Part shown: one piece after another, positions 1 through 12,198 of the stretch
Layout of the letters: every line of letters starts with the position of its first letter
Position numbering within the stretch: position 1 is the stretch's first letter
DNA from: Podarcis gaigeae
Lineage: Eukaryota
Length of the DNA stretch: 64,000 nucleotides
Assembly: GCA_964106915.2 (NCBI GenBank)
Contig: OZ066914.1
Direction: 5' to 3' (one strand)
Program-made: the position numbers and the translations under genes
Notes under the pieces: generated by a model
The model's input: only the letters and a program-made list of their open reading frames with translations
Databases searched by the model: none
What the model was told of the DNA's origin: nothing

Positions 1-59
1 GTACCTTAATTTCCATTTCTTTAGTTTAACATTACTGAAGCTAGAATTTCCTAAAAGGT

Positions 60-530
60 GCGTTTTTTAACATTCATACAACTTATAATGTTTTTCCAGA
101 TAGTCCTTAAATTTTTTCCAGTCCTCCTCGCCCTGCCCAGGTTCTTACACATTAACAATTCTGTCTTACCATTTTATGTTTGAAGAGGTGTATATAATGT
201 TCTATATCTCATGTGGACAGTAGACCCTTTGATCAAAAGAACCAAAATAGTCACCACTGCACTTCCCCCAACTTTTCCTAATGTGTTTTTTTTTTTAAGA
301 AAGTGCACCCAGATTGTGTTTAGCAGGGTACTTTCTAATGTTACAGCTGAATGAATTTGTAGGAGGAACAAGTATACTATGCAAGGTTCTCTGCTGTGTA
401 GTATCTAGGTATTGGGCATGCCGCCTTTCTCCTCTTGTTCAGCATTCTGGAGTTCTCCACCACATTTAGCACATTTTGGGTGCATGGCAGCCTGCAATGA
501 CATGGTAAGCATCTGAGTATCTTGATCGGA
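60..530 (-). mobile_element. Degenerate L1-like LINE fragments
   Basis: Minus-strand peptides EEDWKKFKDYLEK and KGGMPN resemble L1 ORF2 C-terminal segments (from memory). Confidence 0.35.
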
Positions 531-661
531 TTTTAAGAGGGTCATATTTTAAAAGCCAGTGAGAAAATGGCATTGGGAGTACATTTGTTTGTGACTGTAA
601 AACAAGGGTGGTAACAATGAAAAGTATTTCATATAGTAAATTAATTTTGTGTGTATTTCAG

Positions 662-778
662 CCTGTAACTGTATCGCCACAACCTGTTCTCAGAGAGGGT
701 GGGAGACCCACTGAAGGCAACCCTGATCCTCCAGACTATGATGGTGCATATGGAGATGCATATTCGCCTGTCTATTGA
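662..778 (+). CDS. Candidate terminal coding exon of an unidentified upstream gene (PVTVSPQPVLREGGRPTEGNPDPPDYDGAYGDAYSPVY*)
   Basis: Acceptor ttaattttgtgtgtatttcag| then a phase-0 open frame of 38 codons to TGA; PPxY motif. Confidence 0.4.
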   Translation, partial: PVTVSPQPVLREGGRPTEGNPDPPDYDGAYGDAYSPVY

Positions 779-2700
779 AAAGCTAAGCAATGCGCCGAAG
801 AGAAACTTTTTGTGATATCTCACCAACCACCCAACAGTCTTATTATTTAGATCTGTTCTGAACTGGGTTTAGGCCTGACCATGGGGCTGAGTCTGCCTTG
901 GTTTCCCTGCTGAAGTGAGATGGGGGAGTGCAAGCTTGCTCATTGGCTCTCATTGGCTTTTGATACCATTGACCTCCCAGTCATTAGCTGGCCGGGGCTC
1001 CAGGTGGAGATTAACTCTGAAGTTCCCCAGTTAGCTGAATAGCACAAGGGGAATCCCAGGGAGAAGCAAGTTTTAAGCTTTCCCTCAACCACCCAGGAAA
1101 GGTTTTGTTCTTGTTGTTGTTTTTACTACACATGGTTGTTTCCCAGTCAGCTGAGCAGCACAAAGGGGATCACAGGAAAGGGAAGGTTTTAAACCCCACC
1201 CCCATTTGCCCTAATGGACCAGCCATGTCCCCTGCCATGTTCCCTGAAGAAAAGGCTCTCTCAGCCCCTTTATTTATAAACTGGATGATTTTTAGAGGTG
1301 GAGCTGTACTTTATATTTTTGATTGTAGTTTATGTTATTATCCTTGTAATTTTGCTATTGTATTTTCTTCTGTTTTTGTATTATCTGTTCGTTTTATTCA
1401 ATGCTTGTTTGTATGATGAAGTATTTAAAAAGGGGGAGAGAGAGATGGAGCTGTGGCGGCCTCTGGTGGATAGGTTGGGCGATTTAGAAGAGCGGCAATA
1501 TGCGAAGTCCTGCCCCCGCCCGCACATTTTGGGGCCAGCTGCGGGATGGAGCTGGGTTAGCGGGATGGAGCCGTCCAACGACCTCAGAAGCACAGGCTCA
1601 TGTGGGGAAACCTCGTGATATGTGAAGGGCTTCCCTTCCAACCGGTCGGATATTCCTAGCAAAGCTGACAGTTCCAGACACAACATATTCTCTCCTTCGA
1701 CATATCAATTTTGTAGCTATTAACTGAAGAGAGATGAGCAGGGATGGAGGACTTGACCTCAGCCCTCCTGAAACTCTGAGGGAACCGCTGCCAGACAGCG
1801 CAGGCAGACTAAGGCTTCCCCAGCCGCGGCCTGCTTCATTCAGGTGGTCCGCGCAGCGCCTGTGAAATTGTGATCGAAATTAACAGGAGGCAGCGCATTA
1901 AGCACACACATTGATTTTTAATTGCGTTTCGTGGCTTCTTGCGTTGCATTTCAGTTTGAACTGTGTGGGATTCAGCTTGTGAGAGGCAAAAATAGAGATG
2001 CAGAAGAAAGAAAGCGATAAAGTGGCAATATTTAAAAGCATATACAATTGCTACAGCGGGCCAAAAAAACAAAAAACATTCCGTGCTCCACCAGGTCTCT
2101 CAGCAATTATAAATTTACACGAAGCTAGATGACGTTTGTGTAAGGCAACGTCGTGTGTCCCTAAGAGCGCCAAGCAACCTCTGGGGATTTGCGCGGCCTC
2201 AGGAAGAGGGTATAGGATTGCACCAGGAGTTGAAGGACAGGTAACCCCCCGGGAATAAGGGTTGCCCAAGGGCAAAGGAGATGGGGCTCCCGCGCCCTCG
2301 ACAGGCGATGGAATTGCAGCAGCTGCGACCGTGCGAGCGACACCGGAGGGAACTTCCGCTTCTGCAGTAAGAAGGCGAAGGAGGAGCAACCGTATTCCGC
2401 AGCAGGTGTCAGCCCGGTCCGACCAGCAATGAGCGCGATTTCCAAGCGAGACCCATCGCTTCCCACGCCACTTCGGGCTAAGCATCGCTTTGCAAGCTCA
2501 AAACCCGCTAGTTGCTGGCAGACACTGCGAACAGTTTTCGTGGTCGCTCATATTTTAATGTCGTTCCAGGTGAAGAAAACAGTTACCCCAAGTCGGACGA
2601 CTTGACCGGGTTGGATCTGATTTTTGCAAACGGAAGCAGGCAAGCGCGTGGCTTGGTTGGCGCGTTGTTGCTTATCTGCGGGAGCATCTTCCGCCCTCCT

Positions 2701-2779
2701 TGCATTGTGGGCGCTGTAGTTCCGCCGGTGCCTTGCCCAGCGCCGGGGCCTCGTCAGAACTACAGTCCCCAGTAGGCAC
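2701..2779. promoter_or_regulatory. Back-to-back ZNF143/THAP11-type ACTACA-SBS motifs
   Basis: Minus 2701-2721 reads AACTACAGCGCCCACAATGCA; plus 2757-2779 reads GAACTACAGTCCCCAGTAGGCAC. Confidence 0.7.
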
Positions 2780-2829
2780 CGGTCCCTCCCCGCCTCGCCT
2801 CTCCACGTGCGAGAGGCCGCTGGCGCCTG

Positions 2830-2981
2830 GGGGAGGGCTCTGCTCTGCTGCGGGAGGCGCCTGCAGAGCGCTTTCCCCGCGCGGCGCTGTGAGGGTCGCG
2901 CGCTGCTCGGGGAGAGGATGGCGGCGGGGTGCTGCTGGCGAGGCGCCTGAATCCGTGCATTGGGAAAGCAAGAGGCAAAAG
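2830..2981 (+). other. SLC19A1: Putative non-coding first exon of SLC19A1 (start approximate)
   Basis: Lies downstream of the E-box and GC boxes; donor AAG|gtagga at 2981/2982, followed by a G-rich intron start. Confidence 0.5.
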
Positions 2982-5900
2982 GTAGGAGAAGGGGCCGGGA
3001 GAGCGGGGGGGGGGCGGGCCTGGGGCGGGCGCAGGGACCAGCCTGGTTAGCCAGAGGGAAATGTTTGGGATGCCACCTGGGAGATGCAGGGTCACCAAGG
3101 GCTCTGTCCTGCAAAAAAACGCAAAACACCCATGCTCCCTAACTAGGCTGGTCCTGGAAAGAGAAGGGGAACTTGTTGCTCCCACGCTTGTTGCAGTTTT
3201 TGATACTCTGTGCAAAGGAGCATAGGTCAGGTGTCTCGTCCACGTTGCTCCTGTGGCAAACGTATGTTTTGACACCTGGGAAGCCGTGTGTGGAGTAGTA
3301 AAACTTTTCGCGACCACACCTTGCCGCGCGTTTGAGGGGGTGATTTTTTTTTTTTAAGTTAATGTATGCATACCTTTAAAACGTGTATGCCAGCCGCTCC
3401 TTTCCTCTGAAAAAGCTGGAGGTGGTTTATGACAAGATGAAAGTAAATACAGGAGAACGAGATTACGAAAATCTCAGAATACAAAAGCAGATATGAAGCA
3501 GCAATTAAAGTAACTGGCCGCCTTCCACCTGTGGAAACAATTCCTTGCAACAAGTTAAAGGCAACACACACACACAATTCATGCTCCCAAAGCATTTCTA
3601 AACAGGAAGGTTTTAGTGGTAAAGTCTTTCTAAACAAGGTGTTAGTGGTAAATATATCCTGAAACGGTGCTTGTTTACAGTGCAATCCTAACAGTGCTTA
3701 GAAGTAAATCCTATTGTGCTCACAAATAGGCTTCCTGCTTTTTAGGATGGCAGCTTTAAACTATGGAAGATCTGTAACCCATAGTAGTATATACCAAACT
3801 CTGCTGTTAAGTGGGGAGGGGGGCTCATTTTTAATGACTGCAGCTGTGGAATACAGTACTGATGTTCTCCTGATGAGCCTACAGATCATTATGTAGTCCT
3901 CCAGACCTATGCTTTTTTGACAGTAATTGTTATAAAGTAATGTAGATGGTGATATATGATATATTTGGTCAGAATGGACCCCTCCCCCCCCCCCACAGTT
4001 GGCACTCCCATACAACTACAGCTCCCAAAGCTAAATAAAAAAACCCTGTTCATTGGCCCCAAAATAGAGAACTGTTCTAGAGGTTTTTCATCTGAGCCTG
4101 GTTGACCACCTCTAGCACGGGATTTTCTGCACTGAGAGGGTTGGGCTACATGACTTTTGGAAATCCAGCTCTCTGAATCCTGGCCTTTAATTGTAAGTGG
4201 CAAGCACAATGTACATTCCCCCTCTGCTGAAGAGAATGTGTGCGCACACAAGCAATTGTATGTAAATATTAGTAGGGTTAATTGCTGTGGTTCTCATGAC
4301 CTGGTAGTGGAGCAGCCGTCTACTGCATTGGTGTTTATAACATTCCAAGGGAATAAGCTGTGCAATAAACCACATGTGACTAGCTGGCTGGCTTTCTTTA
4401 CATATTTGGTTGAGAGCTGAATGTAATATTACAGCTGCTTAAACTACATCATAGAATACATTCAGAAAATCTCAGGCAGAGCAATGCTAACCAGGTAGAT
4501 TCTGTTACATGTCACCCCAGTCTCCAAGCAAGACGAGATTCCAGGGGTACCAGGCACTCTTACCGGGGTCTGTGTTTCCTTTTGGGCAGTGAGACACAGT
4601 GGAGACTGTGGTGTGTTTATGACACCCTATATATACCCAAATATATCTAACCCTTTATTGAATCCATGTATTTTAGGTGAGTCTTGGCCCCCCAAAAAAT
4701 TATAAGAATACGCTGGTGTACCTCCTGTGTGAGATGAAACTGCAACCTAGCTGCTTTTGGTCAGGGTTTTTTGGGGGTGGGGTGGGGGAGGTGGTCACCT
4801 CAACTTCCCCCAGCCAGTTTGTGTGGGGTTAGGATTACAAAAATGTTAGCAGGAGTTGGGAAACTTAATTTTAGAAGGGAATTCATGAAGTATCTTTATA
4901 GATATAACTGAAAAAAGAGCGTAAGTGGGGTGGGGGTAGGGGGCAGATGAAAGAAACAATTAAAACAAAACAAAAAACCTATAGGGAAAAAATCCAGAAG
5001 GAGCAAAACAAAACCACATAGTAGCTGGGTCAAGGTATTTTCAAATGAGAATGGAAAAACAACTGGTGGCAGATAAAATTGATCTGGAGCAGGGAGTGGT
5101 GGTGAGATACACAGGAAAGCTTTTTATTCAGGCCTAAATGGATGGCAGAGTATGGTATTTTCAGTAAAACCATTTACCGTATGTTACATCCAGCACTTTG
5201 AATTTGACCCAGAAACAAATAGGCAACCAACACAGCTGATGTAAGAGAGGAGCCATGGGGGCGGGGGAAGGGTTTACTGAAATTCACAATCTTACACTAT
5301 AACCAGTAGCAGTTGGCATAGCCATGCCATAGCAGCTGTCAGTATAGCAGAACAATAGGCTTGTAAAATAAAGCGTTATTATGGTATGCGTGCACTGTTC
5401 CTTTTATTAACTTATAGGAATGATAATGCTCAAACCTTTAATAACCTTTGATCAAGAATGGTAGTTTTTTTCATTTCATTTTATTTCAGGGCTATGCATG
5501 TGTCACAGTGGTGTTGTTTTTTAAATAGTTGCTTATTGAAAGTGGTGACTCAAATGAGCATGCAATGGCATGACTCTGCAGACTTTACTCCCCAGTGTTT
5601 CAAAGATCAAATAAGGTAACACCTTGCTATCTTCTTTTACAGAAGGGTTTACTGAAATTCACAAGCTTACACTGTGACCAGTAGAAGTTGGCCCAATAAA
5701 ATATAGACATTTTAAGTTTCTGTGGAGTTGTGTTTTATTTTTAATTTAATTGTAAAATGTGCCTTATTGGAGTATCACTTTTATTTAATATTTTGGTTTT
5801 CTTTTGTCAGTTTTTAATGCCATTTTTACTAGCTGCTGGAGACTCAGCAAGTGCCCTACCATGAAACTTCATTAGCAATGCAGTTGTTTGTGTGTTTAGT

Positions 5901-6852
5901 CAGAAATACATTCCCACTATGTTCATTTGGACTTGCTTGTGGGTGAGTATGCATAGGGTTGCAGCTTAAATTGAGACAATACTGTAAACATCATGCTAGT
6001 ATTACATGTTTACTACATTGCGTTGTGCCAGCGTTCTAACATGTAGTGCTTAATTTTTTTAAAAGACAGCGTCTTATCACTTGGACACAGACACAACCAA
6101 ATTGGGAACCTCCTGGCTTTCTTGGCTATTACATCTCTGTATGTAAGATATTGATGGTGTGTGCGCGCGTTTGTTTGTTTCATAAAACAGGCTCACAACT
6201 TAGTATTCAGGGAGCATTATAAGGTCTGGGGCAGTGGTAGACCTAGGGCATATCCACAATCCAGATTGGGATTCAAGCAGCATTACATATAAACCCACAA
6301 AAGTTACTAGCTCACAAATAGCCTGGAAGAGAATAAAAGTATCAACACACTTCCCCTCCCCCAAGCAACCCTGTGGCGGTCAGCTGGAGGCAGTTTATTT
6401 ATTTTTTTATTTTTTTGCTACAGGTGAGTTGGTTAAGTTTAATTTTCAAGCCTGTGTTAGAGAATAAGAATGGAGGTGTTGTCAGCAGCAGCATGGCACC
6501 CTATTTATAGATATTTTATAGAAGATAAAAAAAGGCTTAGTTGTGGTGTATTTTCATCCAGATAAAATGTTTGAGGAGCAAAGACCAAGTGAGAACCAGG
6601 GCAATAAAACAATGAATTATTATTTTTTAAAGAATGTGTGTTTTCCTAAGTGTAGATGATTTGGCTGCCACCCTGTTAGTTGTATTTCTGGCTCTTGAAG
6701 CTAAGGAAATCTGGTGCTTGGTAGCACCTGGGATGGAGAACTGTAAATCTCACAGATACTGTCTCTGAACTCCTTGGAGAAAGAATGGGAAGCAAGTGTA
6801 ATACAGGTGATACTGACACAATCTGACGAAGTAAGGCTTGATTGAGTTTCTA

Positions 6853-7247
6853 TTTTTCTTTTTAAAAATGTTTTATTAAATATTTTCTTGGTTTACAAAA
6901 GTAAACCAAGCCTTGGCTCTCTTTTTCAGGTTGTGCAGTCTTTTCTACAGATCGTTTACATTTGTTATGAGACATTAGTGTTGAGTACAGTATAAGGTCA
7001 AGACAAAGAGGGTGGGGAGAGGGGGGTGGTGGTGACATTTATATTTTGTACAGTGTACGTGTGGGGTTTTGTGTCAGTGTCAACTGGATAGGTTCTCCTT
7101 CTACTCACTTGTTGCATTTCCTTGGTCGTGAGAGGGATTGGGGGCCCAGGGTGTGGTTGGTTGTCTGTGCTTGGCTGCAGTGGGGGTTTTTTGCATTTGT
7201 AAGTGGGGGAAGGCATGTTGGGTCAGGTAAACCAGATTGATTTGTGT
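6853..7247 (-). mobile_element. 5'-truncated non-LTR retrotransposon 3' end (L1-type)
   Basis: Perfect 17-bp TSD GCTTGATTGAGTTTCTA (6836-6852, 7248-7264); minus-strand AATAAA plus A-rich tail. Confidence 0.85.
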
Positions 7248-7399
7248 GCTTGATTGAGTTTCTAAATCAAGATGACAACTTTCAAAATGTGCTTTTGGCC
7301 AAATACACACAGCAACAGTGAGATAAAATTCAGCTGGTCTGAGTTACCAGCAGTAAAAATAAGATGATCTAAAATAACACAATATATTGTAGAATGCTC

Positions 7400-7625
7400 T
7401 CCCCTGGGAGACTCACATGCAACCTTAATTACATATCTTTAGGTGCCAGGCAAATGTTTCTCTTCTACCAGGCATTTGGCTGATAAGATTAACATTCTAT
7501 GGCTTTTTAAATTTGCTTCGGGGTGGTGGTGGTTTGGTTTGTTAATATATTTTGCATTCTCGTTTTGTATTTTTCTGTTGTGAACGGCCCTGTGATCTTT
7601 GGATGAAGGGCAGTATACATTTTAA
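7400..7625 (+). mobile_element. L2-type LINE 3' end
   Basis: Tail ...ggccctgtgatctttggatgaagggcagtata is shared with the copy at ~47595-47625. Confidence 0.6.
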
Positions 7626-8767
7626 AAAATCAAAAATCTCTAAAGCCCACATTCACAAATGACTGGTTCCATTTTGATGGTGTTAAGAAGAGAGAATTTA
7701 AGTCTTCAAAATGTACCGAAAGTGGTTTCTATAATACCAGTACAATCAACACATCTGCCACCAGATCTCTAGCTACTTTGGTCAGGATCCAAAGTGTCAC
7801 ATATACCCCCCTACACAAATTTCATGCACATCTCCTGTTCCAATGGCAACACTGTACACCTCTAGAAAGTCAAACCTGAAAGGTCTAAAGTGCATGTCTC
7901 TTGGAGGGAAGGGGATTATCAGCTAGTTCACCTCCTACAGAGTGTGGTGTTCTGCTTCCTCACCCATAAGATTGCCCTAATCCACTATAACGCTGTCCAA
8001 ACAGAAGTGAGATGTTTCCTCTGTATGACCTGTTGACAGAGCAGAAAAACCTGACTGTCATATGGGGTGGAGAGAGGGTCCAGAAAAATGCATGGCTTAC
8101 AAGAGTGTATAGCTCTGAGAGTTTTCAAATGGAGTTATTGGACATACTAGGATGGTACCCTGAATCATAGGTTTTCAACCTTTTTGAGTCTACTGCTCCC
8201 TTGGCCAAGTACCTTCTTTCTGCAGCACCCCTGTGGAGCCCAGTTATGTCACCCCTTGCCTGCGGAGCTGGCAGCCTCTCACCCTTTTTCCGAACACCCT
8301 CCGTTGGGAGTCTTCCCTCAGCCTCCTCTCCTCTCCCCTCTCCTTGGGAGTCCTCTGCCCACCACCAAAAACTGCTCAGGAGGGTCAGCTAGTGGGGGTG
8401 GAGAGAGAGAGAAGGGAGATGCTTGGACAATCACATTAGCATGACATATAATTTCACCCATTGCATTAATCAGTGGGTGACCATGTTCCACTGGGACTCT
8501 GCCCACCCTGCTCCCAGGAAGAACTTCAAAGTGAGGGAGAGACCAGCCTGGCACCATCTGCTTGCTGGCCAAGGAAGGAGCAGCTGCAATAGGTTTTTTC
8601 CCCTTGCCTCCCTGGCAGAAAGAGCCTTTGCTACAAATGCTAGTTGCCTTGCAGGGGTAAAGGATACCTGCGCGCAAGAGCCGCAAGAACTCCTGCCGGG
8701 GAATGTCATCCTGGGATGGAAAGCTGGATACAAATGCCCACTTCTAGCTCACGACTTTATTGTGGCT

Positions 8768-8769
<2 letters not shown>

Positions 8770-8812
<43 letters not shown>
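8770..8812. repeat. (CT)n microsatellite
   Basis: Direct reading. Confidence 0.95.
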
Positions 8813-8817
<5 letters not shown>

Positions 8818-10880
8818 TCTCCCCCTTCCATTTCCCTTTGCTCATTCGATTGTTTGGTTTGTAAGGCTGGTCTTTCATTTCTTTAATTGATGTAAGTTGC
8901 TTTGGAAGGCAATAATTGTCAAAAATTAGTATATTATAAGAAACTAAAGATTGAAAATTGAATGTTTAATGAGCTGAATGTGAACCTGTTGATCCTGAAA
9001 GCCAAGAGGAGGTAATACCAGCTGATCAATTATAGGGGGTTGCCTGTAACCAGTGGGCCTGTGGGCCAGATTTTTCTCAGCATAGTGTTTCAGAACACAA
9101 CAGCTGTCATAGAAGTTCAGTATCCTTTGAATAATAAGGATGTTAAAACAGCCTGAATGTGATGTTGCGGGGGGGGGGGGGTTGCTAGTAGAAACTAGCA
9201 AATATTATTTATTTTTTTATGTCCCATTTTCCCCATTTTACTGGTGAAAGCCAGCTTGCAAATAAGGTAGGGTTGCCATATTTCAAAAAGTGAAAATCCG
9301 GACAGAAAAGTTGTGGTGTTGTTGTTTTTTTGCCCAAAGTTGTTGAGTGTTTGGCAACTGTAAATAAGGACAATATCCATATTACAATTGGAGGAAGAAA
9401 AGCATCAAATATTGTAAAACTACAACGACAACCCCACCCTAAAACAGCAAAAGTGTAGGAGAATAGCAGCAACTCCACCGGAGTGAGTGAGACCGATTAG
9501 ACACCAGGCAGGCATCTCTGGAGAGCGTGTTCCAAAGGTGTTGCACCACCAGGAAGAAGGTCCCGTCTCTGGTACTTCTATCTGCTTTGTTGATGATTGT
9601 TCACTGGGCGGGGGGTGTGTATGGAGTTGTTGCAGAGAGAACAACTTAGAGAAGGGTGTCTTATGTTAGTCTAAATGATTGAATGCACACATATGAGAGA
9701 TGCTGGACTTGTGGATAGGCTGGCCCCAGGCATGTGGGATTTTATGGGCTGCCCCAAACCAGCACTTTGGCCAGTTTGGTTCAGTGCAAATTGTGGGAAC
9801 ATTGGAAGCTGCCTTATACTCAATCGGACCATCGGTCCATCCAGCTCAGTTGCATTGTCTTCCTTGTCTGATGATGGCTGTCCAGGGTTTTCAGGTCTCT
9901 CTTACAGTTCCGGCATAATATGCTCATATATATCTATATCTATATCTATACACATACACTTTATCTAGCCTTTATACTGTATCTCAGGGTGGGTAACAGT
10001 AATTCAGGAAAACAACCAAAACAGAATGAGGCCATAAAACACATACATAAGACCATTCATTTCCACATTGCTGAAAGAATTCCAGTCATGTATCAAATGC
10101 TTGCATGGCCAGCCATGTTTAATTGCACTGAAGCCCCCCGTTCAGAGCCTCTTCACAACCACTTGAACCGGCTGAAAAACCCAATTGGTCTTGAAAAGTA
10201 ATTTCATGTATGATGCATGCCAGTCCAACCTGGTCAGTAGTTAATCATAAGTATTAACCACTGTTATTGCCACTCGTTCCTTACTCAGAGCCTGTGTGTT
10301 ACAGCAGCGGCAGTGTTAGATCTGTATGGCTGGCCCACTTGGTTCTTATCCTTACTCAGGCGTCCTTGGGTATTTCTCAGCCCACCTACCTCGCAGGGCT
10401 GTTGTGAGCCTTAAAGAAACCTCTGTTCTAAGCTGCTTGGAGTAAAAGAGTAGAAAACAATGATGCCAGTATTTACCATTCATTGCTTCCAAATGCATCA
10501 GTCCAGCTGAATAAACTCTGCTTCAGCATTTCTTGGTTTTTTTGAAGTTCTGATCTGGCAGCCTTCAAGCATTCAGTTGAAATGGTCACAGGCACCATGT
10601 GGAAGGGGACTTAAAAGGCATTGCAGTGGCAGCAGGGGAGCGGGAACCAGAGTGTTGTTTGTTCTCTTAGATCTGTAGCTACAAAATTAACTAAATTCCT
10701 AGCCAGATGATGGGGGTATTAGTTTGCAGTGTTCCAACTAGGAAATTTGACATGGTGCCAAACTCTCCTTTTTCTGCAGACACACCTATGCGTGCTGGAG
10801 GCTTTCTGTGGCCAAGGGACAGGGATGCTGTGAAAAGAGCTCCTCTCTCCTACAACTGATTGAGACAACGTGGGTGAGCC

Positions 10881-11057
10881 ATGTCTGCTGAGGCCGAAAA
10901 CCCCGAAAAGCAACCCCCGGACCCACCCCCCGACCCACGCTGGAAGCTCCTTGTGTTCTACCTCTGTTTCTATGGCTTCATGAACCAGATCAGACCTGGA
11001 GAGAGCTTCATCACACCCTACCTGTTGGGGTCGGAGAAGAACTTCACAAAGGAAGAG
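10881..11057 (+). CDS. SLC19A1: SLC19A1 coding exon 1 (MSAEAENPE...KNFTKEE); exon probably starts at 10780
   Basis: gccATG at 10881; donor GAG|gtgagc; acceptor ctcctttttctgcag ends 10779; NFT N-glycosylation sequon. Confidence 0.95.
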
Positions 11058-12144
11058 GTGAGCTCAGGGGAGAGTTGCAGAAGGTCAAAGGGAGCCCTGG
11101 CATGTGAACGGAGCAAGTTTTCCCGAGTAGCTCCTGGTCTGGGGCAGTAGGCTAGGGATGGCTGCTTCTCCATCCCCATATCCTTCCTGTGTGTGCTGGT
11201 GGGGAAATTGAGAGGTGGAAGTGGATCAGTGGGTGATCCATGGGGAGGAGAGGGGTGGCTGGCATGTGCAGAAGACAGATGGGCATAGGCCTCCCGTCAT
11301 GCAGCTACACATTAGGAGATACATCCAAACATTATGAGGGTTTATCCACACTTACCTTCCCCCAGCTCTTTCCAGCCACAGCCTGTGATTTAAAGCTCTG
11401 TGTCAGAGCACTTTTTTCCTTCTTTGTAGCTTTCCCCATGGAAACCTGCTCTTTACAGCTCTATTGGAGCAAACAGCAATTGGAGGAAAACCCAAACAGA
11501 CGTTTGCTCCAATTCAGCTTTAAAGAGCAGGTTTTTGCCTGGGGTAAAACAACAAAAGGTTAGTGTGGATAAGCCCTGAGCTATCAGCAGTACAGACTGG
11601 CTTGGGAGATGGTGGACTCTCATTTGCTTGAGGTATTTAAGCAGAGGCTGGATGACCAGCTCAGGGATGTTGAGGCTGCATCCTGCATTGTAGAGCCTAC
11701 GCTTAGTAGAGTGTCCGACAAAATAACCTTCACTGTCCTTTGCAGTGCCGTAATTCTGTGATTTTGGACACGAAGGGTAGTGAGAGAAGAGGCTTGTGCT
11801 GAGCCAGTGCCAGCGTGCGCAGCCCTCGCCACGCAGCATTGCATGCCCAATGGGAAATGGATTGTGCTTCGCGTAGTTAATAAAGGAATGGAAATCACTG
11901 GGAAAGTGTTTTATCGTTTGATCACAGTGCTGTAGGGTACCAATGTGCTTTTTTTTTTTAATTAAATGCAACCAAAAAGAACTTCATCCTGTTGCCTGCC
12001 TACCTATTGCCTGTTTAACAGTTTGTAAGTGAATTGTTCAGCTGGGTTAGCTAAGTAAGCATCTGAGTTGTCTGCTCACTGTGAACTGCTGTAACAATGT
12101 AAGATCTTTTTGCCCAGGAAGGAAGCAACATGTTGAAATGCATT

Positions 12145-12198
<54 letters not shown>

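Larger units (their letters stand above)
2160..3330. promoter_or_regulatory. CpG island / SLC19A1 promoter
   Basis: Locally very high GC and CpG. GC boxes (~2788-2794, ~3010-3030), E-box CACGTG 2804-2809, ETS-like ACTTCCG/CGGAAG, two ACTACA-SBS motifs. Confidence 0.85.

Noticed and set aside
1025-1181. ~40-bp imperfect direct repeat (cccag.tagctga..agcacaa.ggg.at)
   Set aside because: Most likely internal repeats of a decayed interspersed element; no termini or function supportable
2280-2700. Possible ZNF143-driven snRNA or Pol III gene
   Set aside because: No octamer/PSE/TATA arrangement and no recognisable U-snRNA, 7SK, RNase P or telomerase RNA sequence
2051-3317. Several 100-190 aa ORFs on both strands
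   Set aside because: Stop-poor GC-rich CpG island; Arg/Pro/Ala/Gly-biased peptides with no recognisable domain
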